Below, one piece after another: positions 7,829 through 17,092 of a DNA stretch of 64,000 bases. This DNA comes from Ignavibacteriota bacterium (GTDB taxonomy: Bacteria > Bacteroidota > Ignavibacteria > UBA10030 > UBA6906). The position numbers were made by a program, and so were the translations under genes. The DNA lies in the NCBI GenBank assembly GCA_016218065.1, contig JACRFA010000003.1, positions 10,090-74,089 on the forward strand. The letters are read 5' to 3'. The notes under the pieces are model-generated. The model did not search any database and was not told the origin of the DNA. It worked only from the letters and a program-made list of their open reading frames with translations. Numbering within the stretch: position 1 is the first letter of the stretch; each line of letters opens with the position of its first letter.

Positions 7829-9538
7829 ATGAACAAAGTTATCATTACTCTGCTGTTCATCATTCCGTTCAGTGTGCATGCACAGTGGTCAAATGACCCT
7901 TCGATCAACACGCCCATTTCCGATACGACGTCGGCAGGTTCGGCAACAGGTCCCAAAGCCATTTCCGACGGCAACGGCGGAGCAATTATTGTGTGGAGTA
8001 GAACCGAGATACGCGGCCAGCGTGTAAATGCTTCCGGTGATATGCTGTGGGGACAGTTTGGCAAGGAGGTTGGCAATTCACGCGATCCGGTTTTTCTATC
8101 CTCTCGCGTCAGCCCGGTTGTTGTCTCGGATGACAGCGGCGGAGCAATAATCGCGTACGCCGATTTGAATCAGAGGCGTATCATCGCTGCTTCGAGAGTC
8201 AGACCCGACGGATCAAAAGTATGGGATAGATTGATATGCTTTTCAACTGTCGGCGTGCGTACGAATCCCGCTATTTGCGGAGATGGGAATGGCGGTGCAA
8301 TCATCACGTGGGAAGACCTGCGCAACGGCACGAACAATTCGGACATCTACGCGCAACGCGTGCGCGCCAATGGAACGTTAGCTTGGGATTCGAGCGGCGT
8401 CGCCATCTGTACTGCTGTTCAAAACCAGACTGTTCCCCGCATTGCGTCGGACGGCATGGGCGGCGCCTACATTACGTGGGCTGATAATCGTATTCTGGAT
8501 TCGGACATTTATGCGCAGCGCGTGAACTCGCTCGGACAAACTCAACTGACGGCGAACGGGAGAAGAGTCTGTGTTATGAGCAACAATCCTGCAGGCAGTC
8601 CGAGAATCGTCGCGAGTTCTATCGGGACTGCAATTATTTGTTGGACGGATGGTCGTGAAGGCGGCACGTGGGATGTGTGGGCGCAAAAGGTAAATCCCGA
8701 TACAGTTGAATGGACGCTGAACGGCGTTCCTGTTTGTGTGCAGCCGAGAGCGCAATATAAACAGGACATGGTTTCGGATGGCGCGGGCGGCGCAATTATC
8801 GCATGGGATGACACGAGACGAATTTCTTTCAACGAGGTAGATGTGTACGCCCAACGAATCAGTTCAAACGGGGGATCACTCTGGACACAGAACGGCATTC
8901 CGGTTTGCACACGACCGGGAAATTCGGCGGCGGGTCTTTCTCTCACCCCCGACGGGAACAACGGCGCGGTCATCGCCTGGCAGGATTACAGAAACGCGAA
9001 TACTATAGATCTCTATGCTCAGATGGTCGATCGAAGCGGCGCAATCCGATGGACGGAAAACGGCGTCGCCATCAGCACTGCTCCGAGCTATCAGCAGCTT
9101 CCAACGGTTGCAATAGTCGCCAACCGCGGCGCTGTCTTTGCATGGGTTGACAATCGGCGTGTGCAATACACTGATATTTTCGGGCAAGGAGTTGATTCAA
9201 CGGGAGCGCTTGGCGGAACAACCGGTGTTCTTGAAATCGGAAGTGTGGTACCGGGAGATTTCTCACTCGAACAAAACTACCCCAACCCGTTCAACCCGAG
9301 CACGACCATAAGGTTCCAGATACCAGATGTCAGAAGTCAGAAGTCAGATGTCAGCCGCGTGACGTTAAAGGCGTACGATGTGTTGGGAAGAGAAGTCGCG
9401 ACGTTAGTGAATGAGAATCTGAGCGCGGGAAAATATGAAGCGACGTTCGATGCGAAAGGTTTTGCGAGCGGCGTGTACTTCTACCGTCTGACATCGGGCG
9501 GACAATCACTAACCCAAAAACTGCTTCTCACAAAATAA
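7829..9538 (+). CDS. T9SS cargo, same repeat family (paralogue 2, more divergent)
   Basis: Signal peptide MNKVIITLLFIIPFSVHAQ. Repeats contain SDGNGGAIIVW, DDSGGAIIAY, GDGNGGAIITW and DIYAQRV. CTD is NYPNPFNPSTTIRFQIPDVRSQKSDVSRVTLKAYDVLGREV. Confidence 0.85.
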   Translation: MNKVIITLLFIIPFSVHAQWSNDPSINTPISDTTSAGSATGPKAISDGNGGAIIVWSRTEIRGQRVNASGDMLWGQFGKEVGNSRDPVFLSSRVSPVVVSDDSGGAIIAYADLNQRRIIAASRVRPDGSKVWDRLICFSTVGVRTNPAICGDGNGGAIITWEDLRNGTNNSDIYAQRVRANGTLAWDSSGVAICTAVQNQTVPRIASDGMGGAYITWADNRILDSDIYAQRVNSLGQTQLTANGRRVCVMSNNPAGSPRIVASSIGTAIICWTDGREGGTWDVWAQKVNPDTVEWTLNGVPVCVQPRAQYKQDMVSDGAGGAIIAWDDTRRISFNEVDVYAQRISSNGGSLWTQNGIPVCTRPGNSAAGLSLTPDGNNGAVIAWQDYRNANTIDLYAQMVDRSGAIRWTENGVAISTAPSYQQLPTVAIVANRGAVFAWVDNRRVQYTDIFGQGVDSTGALGGTTGVLEIGSVVPGDFSLEQNYPNPFNPSTTIRFQIPDVRSQKSDVSRVTLKAYDVLGREVATLVNENLSAGKYEATFDAKGFASGVYFYRLTSGGQSLTQKLLLTK

Positions 9539-9553
9539 TACATGGGTTGACCT

Positions 9554-11290
9554 ATGAAAACCATGATTCTCATTCTCGCGTTTTGCGGTTCTGTTTTCAT
9601 CCACGCCCCCTTAGGACACGCGCAATGGTCTGGCAACCCAACGGTAAACACGCCGATATGTGAGGCGATCGAGTTTCAGGATATTCCTCAGATCGTTTCT
9701 GATGGAAGCGGCGGCGCGATTATTGTCTGGGTCGACGGACGTAACCCCCCGATCAATTCCAACGGCGATATCTATGCTCAACGCATTGGGGCAAATGGAA
9801 TTGTTCAGTGGACGAGTGATGGAATTTCTGTTTGCAGTAACGGCATCACGCAAAACAGGCCGCAGATAGTTTCCGACGGAAACGGAGGAGCGATTATTGT
9901 CTGGGAAGATTTGCGGAACAACATCAACGCGAACGATATCTACGCGCAACGAATCAATGCGAGCGGCGTTGTTCAATGGACGGCGAATGGGATTCCGGTT
10001 TGCACGGCGGTAGGAGGCCAGGACCGTCCTCAGATAGTGCACGACAATGCCGGTGGTGCAATCATAACGTGGTATGACAAAAGGAATAATTCCGTTACCC
10101 CAAACATTTACGCCCAACGGATTGACTCAAGCGGAACTGCACTCTGGACTGCGAACGGTGTTTCTGTTTGTCCCGCCACCATCAATCAGATCGATCCGAA
10201 GATCATAGCCGACGGTGCGGGCGGGGCAATTGTTGTGTGGAGCGATAATCGGTCGAATACCCAATCCGATATCTATGCGCAGCGCATTACGGGAAGCGGC
10301 GTCATCAAATGGTCCACGAGCGGACTTGGCATTTGCGTTTTGGGACGCCAACAATGGGCGCCTTCCATTGCGCCCGATGGAAGCGGCGGCGCGATTGTTG
10401 CCTGGGCGGATCAACGCGACACCATCAGTGTTCCCCGTACCGACGATGTTTATGTCCAACGTGTTGATTCAAACGGGAATCGTCTCTGGGCGGCGGGAGG
10501 CGCGCCCGTGAGCGTAGGCAGCGGCAATCAAATGCGTCCGATTGTTTTGCCTTTTGGAGATGGCGGAGCGATCATTTCATGGAATGATACACGGAATGGA
10601 AGTAGCAATCGCGATATCTACGTCCAACGGGTTGGCTCTTCCGGCTCGGCTATGTGGTCGCTCAATGGCGTTCCGATCTGCATTGCGGCAAACGATCAAG
10701 ATTGGGCGAATCCGATCTCCGACGGAAATGGCGGCGCAATAATTTCGTGGGAAGACGAACGGACGGGAGGCACCAGTAGAAATGTGTACGCACAACGCGT
10801 GAACGCAACCGGCGCGGTTCAGTGGACTCTGAACGGCGTAGCAATTGGGACTGCATCTGGCTACAAAAGCTTTTCACAGATTCTCCCGGTTGGCTCGGGT
10901 GATGGGATTATTACGTGGGGAGATGAACGAAGCGGAAGTGATGATCGCAATATCTTCGCTCAACGAATTAACGCGAACGGATCGCTGACGAGTGTTCGTT
11001 TCGCCGAAGAGTCTCCATCATCAATCTCATTGGAACAGAACTATCCCAACCCGTTCAACCCTTCCACCAAAATAGAATTCAGCATTCCTTCCGTAGGGAC
11101 GTTGCATGCAACGTCCCTACGTGTATACGATGTGTTGGGAAGAGAAGTCGCGACGCTGGTGAATGAGAATTTGCAGGCAGGAAAATATGAAGCGATCTTC
11201 GATGCGAAAGGTCTTGCGAGCGGAGTTTACATTTATCGGCTCACCGCCGGTACTCAATCGATTTCAAAAAAACTTCTTCTCACAAAATAG
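9554..11290 (+). CDS. T9SS cargo, same repeat family (paralogue 3, recent duplicate of 6059-7816)
   Basis: Collinear with 6059-7816 at an offset of about 3.5 kb. For example, 10161-10500 versus 6661-7000 differ by only scattered substitutions. CTD ends YRLTAGTQSISKKLLLTK. Confidence 0.85.
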   Translation: MKTMILILAFCGSVFIHAPLGHAQWSGNPTVNTPICEAIEFQDIPQIVSDGSGGAIIVWVDGRNPPINSNGDIYAQRIGANGIVQWTSDGISVCSNGITQNRPQIVSDGNGGAIIVWEDLRNNINANDIYAQRINASGVVQWTANGIPVCTAVGGQDRPQIVHDNAGGAIITWYDKRNNSVTPNIYAQRIDSSGTALWTANGVSVCPATINQIDPKIIADGAGGAIVVWSDNRSNTQSDIYAQRITGSGVIKWSTSGLGICVLGRQQWAPSIAPDGSGGAIVAWADQRDTISVPRTDDVYVQRVDSNGNRLWAAGGAPVSVGSGNQMRPIVLPFGDGGAIISWNDTRNGSSNRDIYVQRVGSSGSAMWSLNGVPICIAANDQDWANPISDGNGGAIISWEDERTGGTSRNVYAQRVNATGAVQWTLNGVAIGTASGYKSFSQILPVGSGDGIITWGDERSGSDDRNIFAQRINANGSLTSVRFAEESPSSISLEQNYPNPFNPSTKIEFSIPSVGTLHATSLRVYDVLGREVATLVNENLQAGKYEAIFDAKGLASGVYIYRLTAGTQSISKKLLLTK

Positions 11291-11304
11291 CGAGGGGTGT
11301 GTTT

Positions 11305-13050
11305 ATGAAAATGATGACTTCAATTCTTGTCCTCGCCGCAACACTCGGCGCACACGCTCAATTGGGCCACGCACAATGGTCAACCAACCCAACGGTGAAT
11401 ACTCGCATCTGCGCCGACACAGGTCGGCAGACGGCGCCCGCTATCATCAGCGATGGTGCAGGTGGTACTATTGTCACATGGGTTGATGGCCGTGCCGGAA
11501 CGCAACTTACCTACGATATCTACGCTCAACGGATTAATGCCGCCGGCGTTGTACAATGGACTACCAACGGTGTTGCGATTTGTACGGCTTCGAGCGATCA
11601 ATTGTCCCCGGTCATAACAAGCGATGGCGCCAACGGGGCGATCATCGCGTGGTACGACTTTCGCAACGGAACGGCGAACCTCGACATCTACAGTCAACGG
11701 GTCAACGCAGCGGGAGTTGTCCAATGGACTTCAAACGGTGTAGCTATCTGCACAGCAACAGCCAGCCAAATGTTTCCTCAACTCGTGAGTGACGGTGCAC
11801 AAGGAGCGATTATCACGTGGCATGATTTCCGCAACGGATCGGGGAACCTCGACATCTACTGCCAACGGGTCAACGCAGCAGGAGTTGTTCAATGGACTTC
11901 AAACGGTGTAGCTATCAGCACAGCAATACGCAACCAATTTTTTCCTCAACTCGTGAGTGACGGTGCACAAGGAGCGATCATCACGTGGTACGACTATCGC
12001 AACGGAACGGCGAACTCCGACATCTACAGCCAGCGGATTAGTGCTTCGGGAGTTGCACAATGGACCGCTGACGGTGTTGCCATTTGTACGGCTTCGAACC
12101 ACCAATTCTCACCGGAACTAATTAGTGATGGCGCCAGCGGGGCGATTGTCGCATGGACTGACTCTCGAAGCGGGAGTGACATCTACTCGCAGCGAGTTGA
12201 TTCAAGCGGGACTGTGCAATGGACTGCTAACGGTGTCGCGATCTGCTCAGCCGCAAATAGCCAATCTGAGCCACACCTCGCCAGTGACGGCGCCAATGGG
12301 GCGATTATTGTGTGGCTCGACTCTCGCAGCGGAACGGATGTGGACCTCTACAGTCAACGGATTACGGCAGCGGGAGCCGTGCAATGGACTGCTGACGGTG
12401 TCGCCATTTGTACAGCTTCGGGTGGTCAATTCACTCCGCTCATAACAAGTGATGGCGTCAACGGAGCGATCATCGCGTGGTATGACCGTCGCAGCGGAAG
12501 TGACGATATCTACGGCCAACGGATTGGTGCGGCGGGAGTTGTGCAATGGACTGCAAATGGGGTTGCGATTTGTAGCGCAACAAACGACCAGGAGTTTCCT
12601 TCCATTGTCGCTGAAGCAAGTGGCGGAGCAATCATCGCATGGTACGATGAACGGGCAAGCTCGTTCGGCGATATTTATGTCCAGAGGGTGAACCCCGATG
12701 GCTCGCTCGGAGGTCCAACTGCAGTGGACGAAATGGATGTTCCTCGCGCATTCACGCTCGAACAGAACTACCCCAACCCGTTCAACCCGTCCACGCGCAT
12801 TGCCTTCTCCCTGCCCGCCGCCCGCCTGCCAGAGGGACAGGGGCAGGCGGGGGTTCAAGGTTCAGGGTTCACGTCCCTCAGGGTGTATGATGTTTTGGGA
12901 CGCGAAGTCGCGACGCTGGTGAATGAGAATTTGAGCGCGGGAAGTTATGAGGTGATGTTCAATGCAAAGGGGCTCGCGAGCGGTGTGTACTTCTACAAAC
13001 TGCAAGTCGGAGAATTTTCTGAAACGAAACGCCTGCTATTGCTGCGATAA
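11305..13050 (+). CDS. T9SS cargo, same repeat family (paralogue 4)
   Basis: The ATG at 11305 sits 7 nt after GAGGGG; the ORF track starts at GTG 11299. Eight repeats of SDGA.GAII.W.D.R.G...DIYSQR....G.VQWT.NGVAICTA, then a T9SS CTD. Confidence 0.85.
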   Translation: MKMMTSILVLAATLGAHAQLGHAQWSTNPTVNTRICADTGRQTAPAIISDGAGGTIVTWVDGRAGTQLTYDIYAQRINAAGVVQWTTNGVAICTASSDQLSPVITSDGANGAIIAWYDFRNGTANLDIYSQRVNAAGVVQWTSNGVAICTATASQMFPQLVSDGAQGAIITWHDFRNGSGNLDIYCQRVNAAGVVQWTSNGVAISTAIRNQFFPQLVSDGAQGAIITWYDYRNGTANSDIYSQRISASGVAQWTADGVAICTASNHQFSPELISDGASGAIVAWTDSRSGSDIYSQRVDSSGTVQWTANGVAICSAANSQSEPHLASDGANGAIIVWLDSRSGTDVDLYSQRITAAGAVQWTADGVAICTASGGQFTPLITSDGVNGAIIAWYDRRSGSDDIYGQRIGAAGVVQWTANGVAICSATNDQEFPSIVAEASGGAIIAWYDERASSFGDIYVQRVNPDGSLGGPTAVDEMDVPRAFTLEQNYPNPFNPSTRIAFSLPAARLPEGQGQAGVQGSGFTSLRVYDVLGREVATLVNENLSAGSYEVMFNAKGLASGVYFYKLQVGEFSETKRLLLLR

Positions 13051-13185
13051 GTAAGATACGCCCCCAGTGCCATTGGGCTTGGAAGCAATGAATGTCTGAA
13101 GGCAAGTTTTGGCTCCCTCGCCTTGCCTCTTTCCATCTCCTTGCCTAATTTCTCACAGCATTGCAATTTCACTCGGGGGGAGTTT

Positions 13186-16100
13186 TTGAACATACACCGG
13201 ATTCGTTTCGCATTACCAGGTCTCGCGCTGCTCGCGTGCCTCCCCTGCGCTTCTTTATCTCAGCATTTCAGTTTTCCCATCGAACATATTGACACGGAGA
13301 ATGGCCTCTCACATAACACGGTCAGTTGTATCACGCAGGACTCCCGCGGTTTCATCTGGATCGGAACGATCGATGGGCTGAATCGATTTGACGGCTACAC
13401 GTGCCGCGTGTTCAAGCACGATCCGCTCAACCCGCATTCACTTTCCAGCAGCTTCATTCACAACATCTCGGAAGATCGCAACGGTACACTGTGGGTCACG
13501 ACGAGAGACGGCGGAGTGAATCGTTTCGACTATCGCGCCGAAACGTTCTCATCCTTTCAAAACAATCCCGCCGATACCACCACCATAGGCGGCAATAAAG
13601 CAGGCGCTGTGTTTCAGGATTCTCGCGGCATCTTATGGGTCACAACAGATGCGGGTCTTCATCGGTTTGACCACGCGGCGGGAACATTCACGCGCTTCTC
13701 TCACAATCCTGATGACGCGTCGTCGTTGAGCAATGATCAAGTAACCGGCATCGCCGAAGATCCCGATGGCACACTCTGGATTGCGACCGACGATGGATTG
13801 AATAAGTTTGATCCACGACGTGGAAAAGTGGTGCTCACCTTCCGCAGCCGCTCCGATGACCGGTCGCTGAGCGACAACAGACTTGTTGGCGTTCTTCTGG
13901 CGCGAAACGGAATGCTCTGGGTTGGCACACGCGGAAATGGCGTGAACATGTTGGACAGAACGTCGGGGACATTCAAACGGTTCACTCCTGATGCAAACAA
14001 CCCGCGTAAGCCAAGCAGCGAGTACGTTGCTCCGATGGTTGAAGATGAGAGAGGAAACATCTGGTGTGCAACGCACGACGGCGTAAATGTGTACGAGCTT
14101 GCGACCGGGATCTTTCATCGGCTTCCGCACGTTCCGAACTCCACTACTTCGATCTCGCACAGCATTATCAGCTCAATTCTTCTCGACACTGTTGGCGATG
14201 TGTGGATTGGAACATGGGGCGGCGGCGTGAACAAACTTGGTCGAAGGTTGCAAAAGTTCAGCGCGATTTCTTCACGAACTGCGCCCGGGGTTTTGCTGAA
14301 CGACTTTGTTCTTGCAATGATGGTGGACCATGAGGGCGCCTTGTGGGTGGGAACGGGCGACGGGTTGAGTCGCAACGTTGCGCGAAGCGGTCAGTCTGCC
14401 GCACCTTCCCAACACCTTCTGCGCAAGATGAGCGTTTGGTGTTTGATGCAAAACGCCGACTCGACGATCTGGGCGGGAACTGGCGATCGCGGGATCGCGA
14501 CATTTACTGCGAACGGGCTGCCTCTTCGGCAATTCGTTCTCGGCGATTCACTCGCGATTGCGGACAACACCATTCGTGCGCTGTTTCGTGATCGTCGCGG
14601 AGTGATTTGGGCAGGTACGCAAGCACACGGCGTCAACAGCTACGACGCCGCAACACGGCGGTGGACGCACTATCCCTTTGGGAAAACGGATGGCACGAGT
14701 GTAAGCGATGAACTGGTGTGGGCAATCAACGAAGACCACGACGGACATTTGTGGTTCGGAACGTATCTCGGCGGATTGAATGAATACGATCCGACGAGCA
14801 AAACGTTTTCATACTATCAACACCGCGCCAATGACTCAACATCGTTGGGGGCGAATGATGTTCGCACCATTTGCGTAACAAGAGCCGGCGAGCTTTGGAT
14901 TGGAACGTATGGCGGCGGCATTTGTCTGCTGAACAAAGCGACCGGAAGGTTTACGCGGGTAACCGAGCGGGATGGATTGGCGAATAATTTTGTGTACGGC
15001 ATACTTGAAGATGACGACGCCAACTTATGGATAAGCACAAACAAAGGGGTCTCGCGGTACAATCCCGCAGCACGAATATTCCGAAACTACACCGCACGCG
15101 ACGGATTGCAGAGTGACGAGTTCAATACCGGCGCGTACTTCAGAGACAGCACCGGCGAGTTGTTCTTCGGCGGCGTCGGCGGGCTGAATCGTTTCTTTCC
15201 TCATGAGGTGTACGAAAACAAACACGTGCCGCCTATTGTCCTTACGTCATTCAAGATTGTTGACAGAGAGCTGACAGGCAAATCACTTTCCTTGCTTGAT
15301 TCGGTTCAGCTCGACTACAGCGATGGATTCTTCTCGTTTGAGTTTGCCGCGCTGGATTATGTCGATCCGCTGCGAAACCAGTATGCGTACATGCTGGAAG
15401 GATTCGATCACGATTGGATATACTCGGGCGCTCGTCGGTACGTCAGCTACACAAACCTCGATCCTGGCAAATACACATTGCGCATGAAAGGCTCGAACAG
15501 CGATGGCGTGTGGAATGAGCAAGGGAAAAGCGTGCTTGTCACCATCGTGCCGCCGTTTTGGATGACAGCGTGGTTCAAGCTGATCGTTGGCGTTCTGATC
15601 GTCGGAACATTTGCAGGAACGGTCCGCTTCATTTCCACGCGCAAGCTGAAAGAACAGTTGCGTACACTGGAGAAGCAGCGCGCACTTCAGGAAGAACGGG
15701 AGCGGATTTCCCGCGACCTGCACGACAATGTCGGCGCGCAGCTTTCCACCATCATCACCGGACTGGAGCTTGCAGAAAAATACGAACAGAAAACCGATCA
15801 TGCGCGCAGCGAGAACCTTCTCGTCAACTTGAAAGATGACGCACGGCTCACCATGGCGCAGTTGCGCGAAACCATTTGGGCGTTAAGTTCGTCGTCGATG
15901 TCGTTGGTGGAATTCTTCGAAAGCATCGAAGCGTACGGCAAGAAGCAAGTGCAGCATCGCATATCGCCAAAGATTTGGTTTTTGTGCGAAGGGAAAGCAG
16001 ACGTCACGCTTTCATCGATACAGGTGCTGCATTTGTTCCGCATCGCGCAAGAAGCACTGACCAATGCACTAAAGCATGCCGATGCGCAGAATATTCACAT

Positions 16101-16311
16101 CGGATTCGAATGCAAGGAAAGGAGGCTGTTGCTTCGCGTAAAGGATGACGGCGTAATTCGGCAGGATCGGAAGGCGGATGAGTTTTCCGGCAGAGGATTG
16201 GCGAACATGGAGCGACGTGCACACGAGTTGAACGGGCGCTTCACCTTCTCACAATCTGAAGGAACGACGGTGGAGATCGAAATCCCGTTGGATGGAGAAT
16301 ACCCCAAGTGA
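13186..16311 (+). CDS. Sensor histidine kinase: two-component-regulator propeller repeats, Y_Y_Y domain, TM segment, HisKA_3 and HATPase_c
   Basis: Repeated ..LW[IV][GT]T..G[LV]N.[FY]D motifs (Reg_prop type). Y_Y_Y region is YAYMLEGFDHDW...YTNLDPGKYTL. TM segment WFKLIVGVLIVGTF. ERERISRDLHDNVGAQL (HisKA_3). ATPase region NALKHA...DDG...GRGLANM. The TTG at 13186 follows GGGGGAG; the ORF track begins at TTG 13123. Confidence 0.9.
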   Translation: MNIHRIRFALPGLALLACLPCASLSQHFSFPIEHIDTENGLSHNTVSCITQDSRGFIWIGTIDGLNRFDGYTCRVFKHDPLNPHSLSSSFIHNISEDRNGTLWVTTRDGGVNRFDYRAETFSSFQNNPADTTTIGGNKAGAVFQDSRGILWVTTDAGLHRFDHAAGTFTRFSHNPDDASSLSNDQVTGIAEDPDGTLWIATDDGLNKFDPRRGKVVLTFRSRSDDRSLSDNRLVGVLLARNGMLWVGTRGNGVNMLDRTSGTFKRFTPDANNPRKPSSEYVAPMVEDERGNIWCATHDGVNVYELATGIFHRLPHVPNSTTSISHSIISSILLDTVGDVWIGTWGGGVNKLGRRLQKFSAISSRTAPGVLLNDFVLAMMVDHEGALWVGTGDGLSRNVARSGQSAAPSQHLLRKMSVWCLMQNADSTIWAGTGDRGIATFTANGLPLRQFVLGDSLAIADNTIRALFRDRRGVIWAGTQAHGVNSYDAATRRWTHYPFGKTDGTSVSDELVWAINEDHDGHLWFGTYLGGLNEYDPTSKTFSYYQHRANDSTSLGANDVRTICVTRAGELWIGTYGGGICLLNKATGRFTRVTERDGLANNFVYGILEDDDANLWISTNKGVSRYNPAARIFRNYTARDGLQSDEFNTGAYFRDSTGELFFGGVGGLNRFFPHEVYENKHVPPIVLTSFKIVDRELTGKSLSLLDSVQLDYSDGFFSFEFAALDYVDPLRNQYAYMLEGFDHDWIYSGARRYVSYTNLDPGKYTLRMKGSNSDGVWNEQGKSVLVTIVPPFWMTAWFKLIVGVLIVGTFAGTVRFISTRKLKEQLRTLEKQRALQEERERISRDLHDNVGAQLSTIITGLELAEKYEQKTDHARSENLLVNLKDDARLTMAQLRETIWALSSSSMSLVEFFESIEAYGKKQVQHRISPKIWFLCEGKADVTLSSIQVLHLFRIAQEALTNALKHADAQNIHIGFECKERRLLLRVKDDGVIRQDRKADEFSGRGLANMERRAHELNGRFTFSQSEGTTVEIEIPLDGEYPK

Positions 16312-16343
16312 TGTATTGCGCAGCGGAGAACTTCACGTATATT
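16300..16343 (+). promoter_or_regulatory. 7-2-7 inverted-heptamer box directly abutting a putative promoter (site s1), upstream of the regulator gene
   Basis: TACCCCA-AG-TGATGTA (16300-16315), then TTGCGC (16316-16321), a 16-nt spacer, then TATATT (16338-16343). Sites s2-s4 have the same architecture. Confidence 0.5.
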
Positions 16344-16381
16344 GTGAGCGGTATTCCAACTTCACACAAACACTGAACTTG

Positions 16382-17077
16382 ATGGACGCTTCTTCTGACC
16401 AGAAAATCCGTATCGCCCTCGTTGAAGACAATGCAACGCTGCGGAAGCGATTCGAGGAGTACTTTTCGTTGTATGAGAGGATTGAGCTTGTTGCTTCGTA
16501 TGCATCCGGTGAAGCAGCGCTCAACAGCATCAAGAAGATGCAGCCGAGCCGCCTGCCGCACATCGTGTTGATGGATATTGAGCTTCCGAATATCTCCGGC
16601 ATCGAAACGACGCAGAAGTTGAAAGAGGAGTTCCCCGACATTGAGGTCATGATGCTGACGGTGTTTGAGGATCAGAACAAGATTCTGCAATCGATACAGG
16701 CCGGAGCGTCGGGGTATTTACTGAAGGATGAATCACCGGACAGCATCGTTGAGGCGTTGGAAGAATGCCTGCGCGGCGGCGCACCGATTTCGCAATCGCT
16801 TGCAAGAAAAGTTCTCGGTATGTTGCGCGCGCCATCGGCCGGCTCATCGGCAGCCACAATGACAAGCAGCGCCAATGAGGACTCATTTGACCTGAGCGAT
16901 CGTGAAATTGAATTGCTTCAGGGCCTGGTACAAGGAGAAGTCTATACAACGCTCGCCGCGAAATTCTTCATCAGTCCACACACCGTTCGCACGCACATCC
17001 GCAATATCTACAAGAAGCTTCAGGTACACAACCGCGCCCACGCCGTCCGCATCGCGATAGAGAAGAAGCTGGTGTAA
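16382..17077 (+). CDS. NarL/LuxR-family response regulator (REC plus HTH_LuxR)
   Basis: MDASSDQKIRIALVEDN...VLMDIELPNISG...LTVFED...GYLLKD, with C-terminal LSDREIELLQGLVQGEVYTTLAAKFFISPHTVRTHIRNIYKKLQV. ATG at 16382 is preferred over the ORF-track start at 16292. Confidence 0.9.
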   Translation: MDASSDQKIRIALVEDNATLRKRFEEYFSLYERIELVASYASGEAALNSIKKMQPSRLPHIVLMDIELPNISGIETTQKLKEEFPDIEVMMLTVFEDQNKILQSIQAGASGYLLKDESPDSIVEALEECLRGGAPISQSLARKVLGMLRAPSAGSSAATMTSSANEDSFDLSDREIELLQGLVQGEVYTTLAAKFFISPHTVRTHIRNIYKKLQVHNRAHAVRIAIEKKLV

Positions 17078-17092
17078 CCTCGCGATCCAGAA

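Noticed and set aside
9281-9300. TACCCCA heptamers inside CTD coding sequence (also near 12770) as extra regulator boxes
   Set aside because: They arise from the conserved NYPNPF codons (AACTACCCCAACCCG). They lack the inverted partner and the adjacent -35/-10 arrangement.
6059-13050. Diversity-generating retroelement acting on the paralogue array
   Set aside because: No reverse transcriptase or template repeat is present in the window. Differences between the near-identical paralogues go in both directions (A/G, C/T) rather than being adenine-specific.
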